A stretch of 61,553 nt of DNA, filler included, from Sphacelaria rigidula (lineage: Eukaryota): assembly GCA_964200075.2 (NCBI GenBank). It is 5 parts of 5 records of this genome, joined end to end, with 100 filler letters (N's around TTAATTAATTAA, not from the genome) between each part and the next. Parts side by side here need not be neighbours in the genome. Positions count along the whole stretch, not along the records: positions 49,325 to 61,553 come from CAXNAA020003984.1; 4 more parts are not named here. One strand, given 5' to 3'. Positions 61,113 through 61,553 of this stretch are shown in pieces (the first letter of the stretch is position 1; each line of letters begins with the position of its first letter). Position numbers and translations under genes: made by a program. The notes beneath the pieces were generated by a model. The model was not told where the DNA came from, ran no database searches, and saw nothing but the letters and a program-made list of their open reading frames with translations.

Positions 61113-61525
61113 GGGATCTTACGAAATGAGGATGAGAAACCCAGAGAACTGAAATTTTCGTATCCACACCAAATGTTCGGAATATGGTTCCATTTCTTCA
61201 CCTACTGATAGCTTTTGACAGCTGCTACACGCCATAGAGATTAGGATTTCGATCACCGAAATGTTGGGATCCTAGATGAAAAACAATTTCTTGAGGAATT
61301 ACAGTCCGGACGGATGCCATAATGGTTCCGAAATTGTTTTTTCACTGAGGACCCCAACATTTCGGTGATCGAAATCCAAATTTTTATGGCGTGAAGCAGT
61401 TGTCAAACGCTATCAGTAGTTCAAGGAATTGAACCATATTTCGAAGATTTGGTGAGGATACGAAGATTTAAATTCTCCGGGTTTCTCATCCCCAATAAAA
61501 GATTCATCCCCAAGTTGTAAGATCC
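61113..61525. repeat. Long imperfect palindrome (foldback MITE or hairpin RNA locus)
   Basis: Arms ~61128-61290 and ~61331-61492 are reverse complements (including the perfect GGATTTCGATCACCGAAATGTTGGG / CCCAACATTTCGGTGATCGAAATCC). The loop is about 40 nt; outer GGATCTTAC / GTAAGATCC. Confidence 0.88.
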
Positions 61526-61553
61526 AACAGTGGATCCTAGAAAATGGGGTTCA

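Overview
Eukaryotic nuclear DNA, most likely a brown alga (Phaeophyceae, Ectocarpus-like). This is inferred from GT-AG intron-rich genes, the protein families and the repeat types. The window is not one locus: it is five contigs (1-12232, 12333-24563, 24664-36894, 36995-49224, 49325-61553; lengths 12232, 12231, 12231, 12230, 12229) joined by identical 100-nt N44-TTAATTAATTAA-N44 spacers, i.e. sorted by length, so cross-contig neighbourhood is meaningless. Three host genes can be built by hand. (1) A 12-exon partial Cys-rich, multi-transmembrane gene on the minus strand of contig 1. (2) A 6-exon, 5'-partial redoxin/AhpC-TSA-like gene with an AxxC site, a 14-nt micro-exon and a long disordered tail in contig 2. 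(3) A 1203-aa PPR protein with 30 uninterrupted repeats whose RNA-recognition code can be read, in contig 5. The rest is dense, nested, mostly decayed transposable elements: RTE-type LINEs, LTR retrotransposon gag/LTR remnants, hAT-, piggyBac-, P- and Sola-like MITEs with TIRs and TSDs, foldback elements and a probable Harbinger remnant. The most unusual signal is a 65-nt structured element equal to the 3' end of a LINE. It recurs with the same boundaries, has no poly(A) tail, carries ~16-bp TSDs and always sits in C-rich tracts; a filled and an empty site are both present. No rRNA, intact tRNA or CRISPR array is supported.
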